A stretch of DNA of 64,000 bases, taken from NCBI GenBank assembly GCA_030704615.1, contig CM060731.1, positions 68,076,001 through 68,140,000 on the forward strand, read 5' to 3'. Source of the DNA: Takakia lepidozioides. Taxonomy: Eukaryota; Plantae; Bryophyta. Below, one piece after another: positions 12,775 to 25,393 of the stretch (position 1 is its first letter; every line of letters starts with the position of its first letter). The notes under the pieces were generated by a model. That model ran no database searches, was not told the DNA's origin, and saw only the letters and a program-made list of their open reading frames with translations. The translations under genes were made by a program, and so were the position numbers.

Positions 12775-14930
12775 TGTAACCCCCGCCCCGGGTTCAACCA
12801 TCACCCCCATGTAACCCTCTGTAACTCCGCCGAGTGTAACCCACATTACCATGTAACCCTTTGTAACCCATATAACCCCATGACCCTCTATAACCCATGT
12901 AACCCTCTATAACACCGCAGAGTGTCACCCCCAACCCTATGTAACCCTCACTACATGTAACCCTCTGTAACCCATGTAACCCTTATGACACCGCAGAGTG
13001 TCACCCCCACCCCTATGTAACCCTCACTACATGTAACCCTCTGTAACACTTTGCAACCCATGTAACCCTATGTAACCCTCTGTAACACCGCAGAGTGTCG
13101 CCCTCACCCCTTATGTAACCCTCACTCCATGTAACCCTCTGTAACCCATGTAACCCTCTGTGACCCTTTGTAACCCTCACCACCATGTAACCCTCTGTAA
13201 CACCGCAGAGTGTCACCCTCACCCGTATGTAACCCTCATTCCATGTAACCCTCTCTGACCCTCTGTAACCCTCACTCCATGTAACCCTCTGTGACCTCTA
13301 TATCCCTCACCAGGTGTAACCCTTACCTCCATGTAACCCTCTGTAACAACGCAGAGTGTCACCCTCGCCACCATGTAACCCTCACTCCATGTAACCCTCA
13401 CAAACCCTTTGTGGCTCTGTAACCTATGTAACCCTCTGTAACACCGTAGAGTGTCGTCCTCACCCCTTATGTAACCCTCTGTAACCCATGTAACCCTCTG
13501 TGACCCTTTGTAACCCTCACCCCCATGTAACGCCTCTGTAACACCGCAGAGTGTCACCCTCACCCCTATGTAACCCTCACTCCATGTAACCCTCTCTGAC
13601 CCTCTCTAACCCTCACCACCATGTAACCCTCTATAACCCATGTGACCCTCTATATCCCTCACCAGGTGTAACCCTTACCACCATGTAACCCTCTGTAACA
13701 CCGCAGAGTGTCACCCTCGTCACCATGTAACCCTCCGTAACCCTCACAAACCCTTTGTGACACCGCAGAGTGTCACCCTCATCCCCATGTAACCCTTACT
13801 CCATGTAACCCTCTGTGACCCTCCGTGGCTCTGTAACCCATGTAATCCTCTGTAACACCGTAGAGCGTCACCCTCACCCCTTATGTAACCCTCACTCCAT
13901 GTAACCCTCTATAACACATGTAACCCTCCCTGTGTAACCCTTTGTAACCCTCTACCCTCACCCCATGTACCCTCACCCATGTAACCCTCACTCCATGTAA
14001 CCCTCTGTGACCCTCTGTAACCCTCTGTAACCCTCTGTAACCCTCAGAGTGTCACCCTCTATGTATCCCTCACTCCTGTAACCCTTCTGACCCTCTGTAA
14101 CCTCTGTAACCCATGTACCCTCTGTGACCCCTATCCCTACATAACCCTCACTGTAACCCTCTGTAACCCATGTAATCCATGTAACCCTCACCCTGTAACC
14201 CGTGTAACCCTCTGTGACCCTGCGTAACCCGTGTAACCCTCACCCTGTGTAACCCTCACCCATGTAACCCTCTCTGTAACCCTCTGTGACCCTCTATAAC
14301 CCTCACCAGGTGTAACCTTCACCACCATGTAACCCTCAGTAACCCTCTGTAACACCGTAGAGTGTCACCCTCACCCCTGTGTAACCTCACTCCATGTAAC
14401 CCTATGTGACCCTCTGTGACTCTCTGTAACCCTCACCAGGTGTAACCCTCACCACCATGTAACCCTCCGTAACCCGTTTATCCCTCTGTAACACCGCTGA
14501 GTGTAACCCTCACTCCATGTAACCCTCCCATGTAACCCTATGTCACCCTCTGTAACCCATGTAACCCCATGACCCTCTGTAACCCTTTGTAACCCATGTA
14601 ACCCTCTGTTACTCCGCGAGGTGTAACCCTCACTCCATGTTATCCTGCATCGTGTAACCCCAATGTAAGCTTGTATCATGTTATCCCATATACCCCTCTC
14701 CGTGTAACTCCAGTTCCTCGTAACCCCATCATCCCTGTAACCCTCTGCACGTCAGCGCTTTAGCTCCGCCTCGTGTAACCCTCATTGTGCAACTCTCACA
14801 TTGTAACCCCACCATGTAACCCCGATACTGTATCAATCCCCCCCGTGTAACCCCCGATTGTGTCACTCATAGCTCGTGTCACCCCGGATCCTTTATCCCC
14901 AACGCATGTCACCCCTGTTCGTGTAGCCCC
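12775..14930 (+). repeat. TGTAACCC minisatellite with higher-order units (e.g. TGTAACACCGCAGAGTGTCACCCTCACCCC)
   Basis: Motif recurs every ~10-15 bp over 2.1 kb, directly upstream of the transposase. Confidence 0.95.
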
Positions 14931-15069
14931 TTAGTGCCCGGCAAAAATTGGCGGGCTCCAAGAGGTGTCAGATATTTTGAATTCAAACCTGGGTTACACG
15001 ATTCGGTGACATCAAAACCCACGTGTAACTCCATCATCGCTCGTCATTTTCACCAGGTGCGTAGACGAC

Positions 15070-18000
15070 GTGCAGTCCCGAGGGCTCCGCTGCGTTGCCC
15101 GCGTGTATTATGCGATTTGTACTGTACTGGTGGTATTGTTGCTGCTAATGGCATGTGCTGCCGCGAAGGTGCTAGACGAGGAACGCAAAGCAGCATTGGA
15201 ATCAAATGGTTTGAAAGATGAGGCGGGAGAACTCTGTCATTTGCAGCATTTGGTATCTCATTTGAAATGCATCCTACAGCTGCCCATAGACGGGCTTTTC
15301 AATCACACAAACCTCCGTTGGATACGCCAGGTTTCCCAGGGAAAAGGGAAACGGATATCCATCGAAGTAGCTGTCGTTCCATGGTCTCGCATTCCTGACT
15401 TTCTGGAGGGAGAAAGGAGTAGAGAGGATGGGAAGACCCAATTTTATGTTCAAGATCGAAGGTACCGTGAGTTGCCAGATTTGACAACACCGCGTGCAAA
15501 CAGTTATCGTCAGTGGCATAAGTAAGTCACTTATGAGGGTTGTATAACATTCCCAGCCCCACTTCTTTCTGCTAGTCTAGCAAAGTCGTATATGGCGATA
15601 ACCCTCCTCGCTTTATATGCTTTTTTTGCAGGTACCACTGCTGCTACGGCCCGATAGATAGGCGCACGGACCCGCCGATTGTGAAGAAAAAGAAAAACCG
15701 ATAGCAGCCTCCGATAATCAAACAGCAGTCAAGCGAATCAGACGTAAGGCAGCGGATTTCGGAGAGTCATACAAACGTGGGTGTACGTGTAGCTTCAAAG
15801 TTGGCCAGTGTTTTCTAGATTCAGAGTTGGCAATCATCACATACTCTGTCATGGTTCCAATGATATGAGCCAAGCAGTGGATCGTCGATAGTCTTCGCAG
15901 TGGCCTATCTCCAGCTATGATTATGACACAACACACTCAACAACTCCAGGAAGCTTGTGCGTCTCAGCCAGGCATGGAGTGGAGTCGCGATTGTTTCTTG
16001 TTCGAGTACGACGTGAGAAACATTGCCGACAAGCTTGCGATTGAGAGTTACAAAAAACATCCAGATGATGCACAAAGTGTACGTATGTGGGTAATAGCAA
16101 TCCTGAAAGCGTCTTCTTCTACCATGAAGAGACAGCGCCAGTGGCGGGTGATTTGAAGTTCGTAATTGGAATACAAACGGAGTGGCAAAAACAGAAAATG
16201 ATCGACTTGGGACACAACCGTGTGGTATCCTGCGATGCAACATTTGGGACCAACGAAAATAAGGTATTCGTGTCACGCTTTACCTTTCATTGCATTCTGA
16301 AATGTGAGTGCCATGCAACTGTTGCCAATATTTTAACGCTCACCTTATTCATTTTTGTACCATTGCGACATTGCAGTTCCCAATGTATACCATGATGGTG
16401 TTCGACGAATGGCTCAACGGCATACCTGTTGCTTATATTATATCAGCGAGAAACAAAACGACTGACTTGAGCCCCTGGATGAAACGTCTTCGCGACCGAC
16501 TTCTTCAGAGCAAACCAGATTGGAGGCCAAATGCTTTTGTTGTCGACGATGCAGACGCAGAAATCAATGCTATCAGGTACACGGCTAGAAGTTACAATGT
16601 TCTGAGTCACACTACAAGTTGCATGCACGAGGGGTTTCATGGATCGGGCTACACTGCTGCTAGTTACACTGAGAATCACAGTAAGAGTTAAACTGCCAGT
16701 TACACGAGGGGGTGCATTGCTGCCTGTAACACTTGGAGTTACACTGTCAGTTGCTCGAGGGGTTACATGGATTGGGTTGCAGTGCTGTCTATTACACTGA
16801 GGGTTACACTATCAGTTAGACAGATGGTTATACTGCCTTGAGTTGGACGGAGGGTTACACTGCTGTGAGTTAGACCGAGGGTTATACTACTGTGAGTTAG
16901 ACCGAGGGTTACACTGCTATGAGGTAGACAGAGGGTTACACTGCGAGTTACACAGGGAGTTACACGGCGTGTCATCCGCAGTCCTACATGGATTAGGTTG
17001 CACTGCTATAGCATGTGAGTTACACTGGGAGCATCGCAGAGGGTTGTATGGGTTGGGTCGCTCTGAGAGTTACACGGTGTAACATGGATTGCGTTACAGC
17101 GCTGCGAGGGGTTATATGTGTTGGGTTACACTGCTGTGAGTTTCACTGATAGTTACATGACCAGATGCACGAGGGGTTACATGAGTCACACTACTAAGAG
17201 TGACACTTTGAAGAGTTACACTTCTACGAGTTACACTGCGAAGAGTTCCTCTGATAAGAGTTACACTGACAAGAGTTACACTGATGGATTGGGTGGCATT
17301 TGATGTGTGTGCGTGCAGGGAATCGTTTGGGGACGTAGCAATATTTCTATGCCTTTGGCATGTTCGCCGCGCTTGGCTGAAACATTCGTGGCGTAAGATG
17401 CCCGATCCATACACTCGCAATGCTGTTTTGAAACAGCTTGGCGACGTAATGTACGGCATTAACGCCTGTGTGGGAGTCACCCCAGAAGAGTGGGCGCTGG
17501 AGCGACTGGAAGATTTGAATTATTCCTATCCGCTTGCGCGTGACTTCCTACGTTACATCAGAATGGAATGGGTCCCAAAACTGAGCATGTGGATCACGGG
17601 GGCTCGTTATATTCCCCACGCAAGTCAGGATACTAATGCCGCAATTGAATCTTGGCACGGAAATTTGAAGGCTCGTTTACGCTCGGGAAAGCAAAGGCTT
17701 GATGGCAGGAGAATCGATTGGCTGATCAGCGAACTCGTGGGTCCTGTTCTAACCCACTATTGGTATAGAGATAACTTGAAATCGAAAGGCTTCAAAAGGA
17801 ATGTACGACAGGAGGAATTTATCAGTAATGCTGTTTGGACTGCAAGGGAGATCCCTGATGTCAATGTTCATTTGCCCACTGTTCCTGGTCATCCGGCGAT
17901 TGTGGATAGTGTTCAAACGGCCGGTCGAAGCTACACAATCTATGCACCTGCGACCACCTGGGCTTGTTGCGATTGTCCATGGGCTTTGAAGGGTAACTTG

Positions 18001-18465
18001 TGCAAACATCAAATCCGCGTTCTTCAATTGATGAAGCCAAATCTGAAGGAAGGGCTTATTGTGAAGCTCTGTGGCACAAAGCTCGGGACCATTCATGGAG
18101 GTCTTCACATGTTGATGAAATCGGAACTTCCAGATATTGATGCAGAGGAGGAAGTTGTGAATCTAGCAGAGCCTACGGAGTGCTCAGCATCATCCCGGCG
18201 TGGTCGGCAGGAGCCATCGGATGTTTCATCAATTGAATCTGAGATGAAGTCCCTGTCGCTTCTTGGCAATGAGAGTGAAACAATGCGCAAACATTTGCTT
18301 GCCGAGCTTCGTTGTGTTCGTGGGAGGCTGTCCACTTTACAAGTTAGAATCGACAAAGGTCTGTTGCACCCTCTTCAAGCAGTTCCATTCATAAAAAATG
18401 ATGATGGAAACAACATGTCCCTTGCCAGGAAAGTAGATTTTGTAGACCGGTTCCGTAGTAAGTGA
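15070..18465 (+). pseudogene. MULE transposase with C-terminal SWIM zinc finger (4 exons, frameshifted)
   Basis: Introns at 15522-15631, ~16264-16376 and ~16577-17318 (GT-AG). Catalytic motifs SCDATF, FVVDDAD, LCLWHV, TNAAIESWH; SWIM CDC...LCKH; N-terminal YHCCYGP, KRGCTCSF, CHG. Frameshifts and deletions in exon 2. Confidence 0.9.
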
Positions 18466-19814
18466 CCATTGAGTCCATTGGCAATGACACTTACTTTGTG
18501 ATCACCAAGTTTAATATGAAGTACATGTCTGTTCATGGGTTGTTATTCACTTTGCCATTCCATCCACATTCAACCTATGTAACCCACTCAATGGGACACC
18601 CATGGGCCGGGGTGACACACCGCAGGGTTACACTGTCTGGGGTTTCATAACGTAACATAGCTCTACTTAGTGTAACTTGCATCTGTGGTACTCCACACAG
18701 TGTAACACAGATGAGTGTGAACCTCTTCAGTGTAACTCATTGTGGTGTAACTCCAAGTGTAACTGCAATGTAACTATCAACAGTGTAACCTAGTATGTAA
18801 CCCCATAGAATATTGCTGTCAGTGGTGTAACTCTGAGAACAATGTGACTACAATGTGACTACAGGGTCTGGGTTAGTCTGCCGGGGTTACATGACCCTTC
18901 AATACAGAGTGGGAAGATGTTGAAGTCGAGCACCTTTAGTCACCAACACTAGCCCCTGTATGTGTAACCCCTCTATGTGTAACCCAATTTGTGTGTAACC
19001 CATGGACGTGTAATCCATGAGATAGATAATCATTCCGTTCAACCTATGTTATGGACCAGTGTAGCCCTCCGGAGTGTAACTTGTTGTTGTGTAACCCCAA
19101 GAAGTATGTATCCCGACCATATGTAACCCCCATTGATGTCACCCCATCGCATGTAACCCATTGTACAATTTGGGGTGCACGCTATAAACCCCGATGCTAC
19201 ATCACCCCATCTTATGTATCCCCACGACACGTAGCCCTTGTATAGGCAACCCTGCCCACTTTCATTGTGCACAGTGTAACTTAGAACTGTGTAACCCTCT
19301 TGAGTGAGTGTAACCCAGAGTGTTGTAACTCCAAGAAGTATGTAGCCCGACCAGATGTTACCCCCACACTATTGTGACCCCATCGTATGTAACCCATTGT
19401 ACATAGCCCTCATGTATGTAACCCCATGTAGTATAAATCTGAGAACTTCAGTGCACAAACACTTCAGTGCGAAAAAAATAAAAAATAAAACAAATGCGCA
19501 TAGTCGAGGTGGGGTTACATGCCACGAAAGTATACTGTTTCAGCAACGTGACCCTGACATAGCCAGGTATGTAACCCATAAGTGTAACCCCACGTTGTGA
19601 GACCCGGCATGGTGTAACCCATCACTTATGTGTGAACCCACAGAGTGTAAGCCCATTGCCCCAGGGCCCAAAGGTGTACCCAAGTACTTGTCTATGATTC
19701 CACTTCATGTAACCTTATAAGGTGTAACCCCATGTAAGCCCATTGCATGAAACCCAAACTATGAAGTGTTACGAACAAACCACATAGAAGCAAAAATGCA
19801 TCAAGAGACGCTAT

Positions 19815-22800
19815 TTATTTCTTTGGCCATCTGACCAAGTCTTTGTCCATCTCGTCACACAGCCAACTAATCATATGAGTACGGGAAGCTATCATGGTTG
19901 ACTCGTTGAACCAACTTGCAGTAAACGCCCGCCTATGACGGGTTCGATCTTCTGTGGTTTTCACATTGAACTTCCACTCCAAGTAAAATTGCACAAAACA
20001 AAGTGCATAATAGCCGCACTCCCAACAGCTCCGTTGTTGGGGGACACTGGCCTCAAACCATTCCATCCTCTCCATGACGTAACTGAAGTCATCAGATCCA
20101 GGCATGAAATCAAAGAACGCTATGGCAAAATTTCGCAAAATTCCTTCAATGAGTTTGGGTCGGGCAATGGTTTTATGGGAGTCCAAATGTACTATCCGAC
20201 CTCGGCGCTCTAAAACAGCTACACTCCAGTGATCACTGCAACACAAACAAAGCCGTTACGTCAGAATAGAAAAAAACATCTCCAATGAAACCCATTGTGG
20301 TGTAACCCAGTAGTGTAACCCTTTGTACTGTAACTCTAAACGGTGTTACACAACTAGTCAGCAGTCACTAGTGCAACTCAGTCTAGAATAGAGGAGTGTA
20401 ACCCAACATGCTCAGTCAATGCTGAAATTACTTACTCGAAGACAATAGGGATGACAACCACGTCCACAAGATCTCGATTCTTTGTGAACACCATCCCTCG
20501 GGCATCCTGAGTGTACCATTCTTGCACCAACCCGAATAGCGTCTGCAGATCGTTACCATTGGTACGCATGACATGCCATTGAAAAGGAGCACAGATGACA
20601 AACTCAGGTGCGATAGCCTTAAACAATTTGGCCTCCAGAAGTTTGTTGTAACCCGAGAGCAATGCATCTGTGACAGTTGCTCTTATTTTATACATCGGCT
20701 CAAAATCTGTCTCTTCCAAGTAAAACTGTAACGGACTAGAAGCCAGGAAGGCATCGCCATAATAAAACTTCACTTCGGGCGCCCCAGGAGGGTCCGACAC
20801 CATTCTGAACTTTGTCAAGTACCGTTGTTTTAGTCTGCACAACAAACCGCACATTACGAACATTACGATGCATCATACAAGAGTTATAATCAATATTCAA
20901 AATCAGAGAGGATCAAAGTACAATGAGGTACCTCGAACGCTCCCGCAAGTGCTTGGCCAGGACCTCTTGCTGCTGGACAACGTCAACCTCCGAGACCCCT
21001 GCACTTTTGCCTTTCGGTTTGGTTCGCTGTTTTTTGGGTGCGACAAGAACAGATACTTCTTTGTCAGCGCTAGGGGGTTCAGCCAACCGCTTTCTTTGAG
21101 CAGGCGGCCGTTTTGACCTCCTGGGATTCTCTGCAACCCTGACAATGCCGCCGATAGGGGGAATTTCTGAGCCAGAGGTGCCTTGTTCTGAGTTTGCTGC
21201 AAGTGCTGAAGACTGCACTCCCTCGTCTGAGACGTGCTGGGAAGGTGATTGACCAAGGGCAGAAGTGTCACAGCTCACCTCCTCGGTGCTACCCCTGTCA
21301 GTGTAACCCTTCTGTTCAAACCCCTTGTCACGCTTCTTAGTGTCACCCTTCTCTTCGGCTACCTCCTCAGTGTCACGATTCTCAGTGTCACCCTTCTCAA
21401 TGTCACCCTTCTCTTCGGCTACCTCCTCAGTGTCACTCTTCTTAGTGTCACCCTTCTCTTCAGCTACCTCCTCAGAGTCACGCATCTCAGTGTCGCCCTT
21501 CTCTCCGGCTACCTTCTCAGTGTCACCCTTCTCTTTGGCCGCATTATCAGTGTCACTCTTCGCAGTGTCACCCTTCTCATCGGGTTCCTTCCCAGTGTCA
21601 CTCTGCTGAGTAACAATCTTATGTGTGTCACCCTTGGCAGTGTCACTCTTCTCAGTGTCTAGATGCTCCGCAACATCCTTCTCTTCGTGACTCTCCACAG
21701 TGAAACGCTTCTCAGTGTGACCCTGCTTTGTGTCACCCTTCCAACTGACAACCTCCTCGGTGACACCCTTCCCCGTGTCACCCATGTCGATGTCACTCTT
21801 CTTTGCATCAACCTCCTCAATGCCATCCTTGTTTGTGTCGCCCTTCTCCGCACCCTCCAAGACCATGTTGACTAGCAGAAGACCGTCATCCGTCGCGACT
21901 AGTGGCCGTGGCAAAGGAGTGTCACCTTCCACGACTAGTGGTAGTGGAATGTCATCCATGACAGTGTTACACTCACTGACATCTACCATGTGGGTTGGCT
22001 GTGGGGTGTCACCCCTATCAGTGTAACCCATGTCAATGTCACTCTCAACGGAAGTTGCAGTGTTCACGGGCAATGGTGTGTCACCCACGACAATGTCCCT
22101 CACGACATTGTCAGCCACACCGGTATCCGTAGTGTCACCTTGAGGTGCAGTGTAACCCTCCTTCCCTGTTGCTCCTCTCTGCACAGTGTCACCCTGAGGT
22201 GCAGTGTAACCCTCCTTCCCTGTTGCTCCTCTCTGCACAGTGTCACCCTGAGGTGCAGTGTAACCCTCCTTCCCTGTTGCTCCTCTCTGCACAGTGTCAC
22301 CCTGAGGTGCAGTGTAACCCTCCTTCCCTGTTGCTCCTCTCTGCACAGTGTCACCCTCAGGTGCAGTGTAACCCTCGGTTTCAGGGCATCCTCCCCTTGC
22401 AGAGTCACCCTGCGCATCAATGGGACCCACGAAGGCTGGGTCATTCTGAGAGAGGTTGACCACATGATCCTGACAAATACTTACATTGCTGCATCGAGGG
22501 TTCAACCCAGCATCTCCAGATTCAAAGTCATACACAGACTCTGGGTCAAGCGGGTCCCCGATTCTTCGATTAAGACCTTCAAAAGAAATGACTGGGGCTG
22601 CGGACAAAGAGGTTCGCACTTGGGTGTTCCACCTTGATGTATCATCTTCAGTATCAGTATCAGAAATCATGGGCAAATCCCGCGTCAAGTCTGCTAGGTT
22701 CACCCCTAAGTGCAGCTGGGTTGAGTACAATTCACCAACCTGCGACAAAGATACAACGGCAGATTGACTTGGAATGATGTCCTCGTCATGTACATCGTCG

Positions 22801-25393
22801 CTCTGCGGGGCGGAAATTGGCCCATCGCTCGTCTGCGCGCCCCCTACGCCCCCTGTATCGCATTGTGGAGGGGCCCCATACACAACTTCGTGAAGCTCAC
22901 GTTGAGCCTCAAAAAGGTTTTTGAACGCATTGGCGACTTGATTGGTCATGAGCTCGGACTCATCTGCATCGGGGAAAAGACAAAGGTTTTTAGTCGTGGA
23001 ACGAGGTTTTTGAAAGTGCAAGGGTTACACTATGTAAGGGTTACACTGACTAGGACAAGACAGTGGTTCGGATTACACGATATGGGTTACACCACCCTGT
23101 TAGAGACAGTAGTTTGCAATGGGTTACACTACCATGGGTTACACTACTGAGATTACACAACGAGAGGGTAACAAATCTAGGGTAACACAGCGAGGGGTAC
23201 CATTAGGGGTACACTGATTACAGGGTTACATACTCCGAGGGTTACACTGATTTACACACAGCGAGGGTTACACTGAGTACAAGGTTCCACATAGCCGAGG
23301 GTTACACTGATTACAGGGTTACACACAACGAGGGTTACACTGAGTTACAAGGTTCCACATAGCGAGGGTTACAATGATTACAAGATTACACACAAAGGGG
23401 TTACACGACGAGAGGGGTGACAGTGGATGGAGTAACACTTACAGAGATACCAAGGCACTACAGACCCAAGGTCTCTCATATACTGGATGCCCAAACGCGC
23501 ATTGAAGTCCATTTCTGTTGGTGATTCGCTGAAGAGGCCACAACACCAAAGCTGGATAAACGATTCTCTCTGTTGGATCGCAAAGTGATGGGCGGCGCGA
23601 CGACGGCTTGCCTTGCAAAACTGTATAGCTCCGTTGATCTTAATTGACCGGTCACCCCACTCTTCTGTACTCAAACTCGATCTTAAGTCTTCGAGCTCAG
23701 AATCCAAGGTCGCAATTCCGTCACCAGGTTGTGCAAAGTACATCAGACTAAAGCCGTAATACTCATCGACCAGGTCCTTCACCTTTGAGGCCGTAAGAGC
23801 ACTTTCCAGAAGTTCAGTCGTGAACCCCAACCTGGGATGCGTTTGGGAAACTGACCTGCCATGATTTCTTACATCGTTGTGGGCTAGAATTCTCAAAAGG
23901 AGTGGTGGCGGTCCAATGTGCGGTTTGGTGAGATTCTCCATTTGACTGATCAATCCTTCGGCAAAACCACGAGTGAATTCCAACGGATGTGGAACAACCA
24001 AACCTTTGATTCCATCTACAGTAATAGTGATGACAAGAGGATTTGAAGTTCTGGCATCGTCAAGGTCGGTATTGCCAACAGCTAGTTCGTCCATCGTGTC
24101 ATCATCATGTGAGGCTTGGCTCTCTCGATGGACTCGTGTAAGTCTCCCACCTTTTTTCTTTTTCTGCTTTGGCATGTCAGGATGCCCAATGCTCTCTAAA
24201 TACTCCTTCACCCGATTCAATTCCTCTATCATTAACGGACCATGATCCGGCTGGGAGTAAATGCCTTGTGGGCAGCAACAACACTGTCCATATCATCGCT
24301 TCTAAGATGATATCGACATCCCTGCGCAATACAGCGTGAGGGGTTACACCAGAGAAAAATGTTACAGCACGAGGGGTTACACATGAAAATGGGTTACAAA
24401 CAAGATGGGCTACACGGGGTTACACAGAGGTGGGTTACACACCATAGGGGTTTTTAAAAGGGGTCCTCTGTAGGTGGGTTACACTCTGGGTTACACGCCA
24501 CAGGAGAGACAGGGGGGGTAACACAAAGGGTTACATGGATAGACAACAGCCCAAAATTTGAAAAACAGAGAAATGGCAGGGAATCCAACTTGATTGTCTG
24601 TCGATAGAACCCAACTTGATTTTGCAGCTGTCGCATGGACTGCGCCCTCGCCTCGCGCAACAAATTCTTGGAATGCCGGCCAAAACCCCTTCTCATTGAC
24701 ATTCGGAAATGGGAACTGAGGAATAAGGCCATGCGGTAGCAGAAGGATTGAGCCTGGAGTTCTCTTTCGCAAGATGAACCTTGAGCTCCGGTTTCCCCGG
24801 TTTGCAATGTTGATTTTCTTTGCAATAGGGACAGGTAGAGGCGGGCTCAATCGCCGCTTGTCTCTCTCGTTAGAAACCTGCCGAATAGAAGGACCAGGGA
24901 CAGAAACAGCAGGAGCACTAGAAGATGGAACCTCTGTAGCAGAAATAGCCGAAGAAGGTACAACAGCAGGCACTTCAATAGGATCTGCAATCTCACCCAA
25001 AGCCACCCTATTTTGCAGAATCCATGCATGATATGCATCAACAGAAGAAGCTGGAACAGAATTCATCACATTTTCAACAGCCATGGCATGCTTGAGCTCC
25101 GCATCAGGAAACGGTTTTGTTCCTTTCGGTCTGGCCATACATGCGGCCGTTCCATCGACAATATGCCGATTCAATCTGCTCTTATCTACCTTTACTGCCC
25201 CACAATAAGGACATTTGAACTTAGGCCGGCCCTTTGCTCCCTCCACCTTGGCCTCTCTACACCTGGTGTGGCAGTACGCGATCATTGTAGCATGCTCATG
25301 CTCAGTGTACCAAAAGCGAACTCGTTCGCCATCCCTTTTCAAGTGATCAAATGGAATAGTAGCCTCTCCAGGGAACAAATAACAATCAGCCAT
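19815..25393 (-). CDS. TE-encoded zinc finger + acidic repeat + Ulp1/C48 cysteine protease (5 exons, one apparent frame break near start of exon 2)
   Basis: ATG 25393. Exons ~25393-24600, 24321-23443, 22963-20932, 20834-20436 and 20235-19815; the last three junctions are phase-compatible GT-AG. N-terminal CPYC-x12-H-x7-C finger. C-terminal triad motifs IPIV..DHWSVAVL, HLDS, VPQQRSCWECG. Confidence 0.8.
22131..22377 (-). repeat. 54-bp coding tandem repeat (EGYTAPQGDTVQRGATGK, ~4.5 copies)
   Basis: Near-perfect 54-bp units inside exon 3 of the Ulp1 gene, each with two copies of the element motif. Confidence 0.95.

Noticed and set aside
12775-14930. Telomere array or protein-coding ORFs (RVT/EGY-rich ORFs 13013-14679)
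   Set aside because: The unit is TGTAACCC with variable spacers, not (CCCTAAA)n or (CCCTAA)n. The ORFs are by-products of the repeat.
21249-22637. Plus-strand hydrophobic/Ser-rich ORFs (SVTLL, VSPFS repeats)
   Set aside because: Antisense shadows of the repetitive Ulp1-gene exon.
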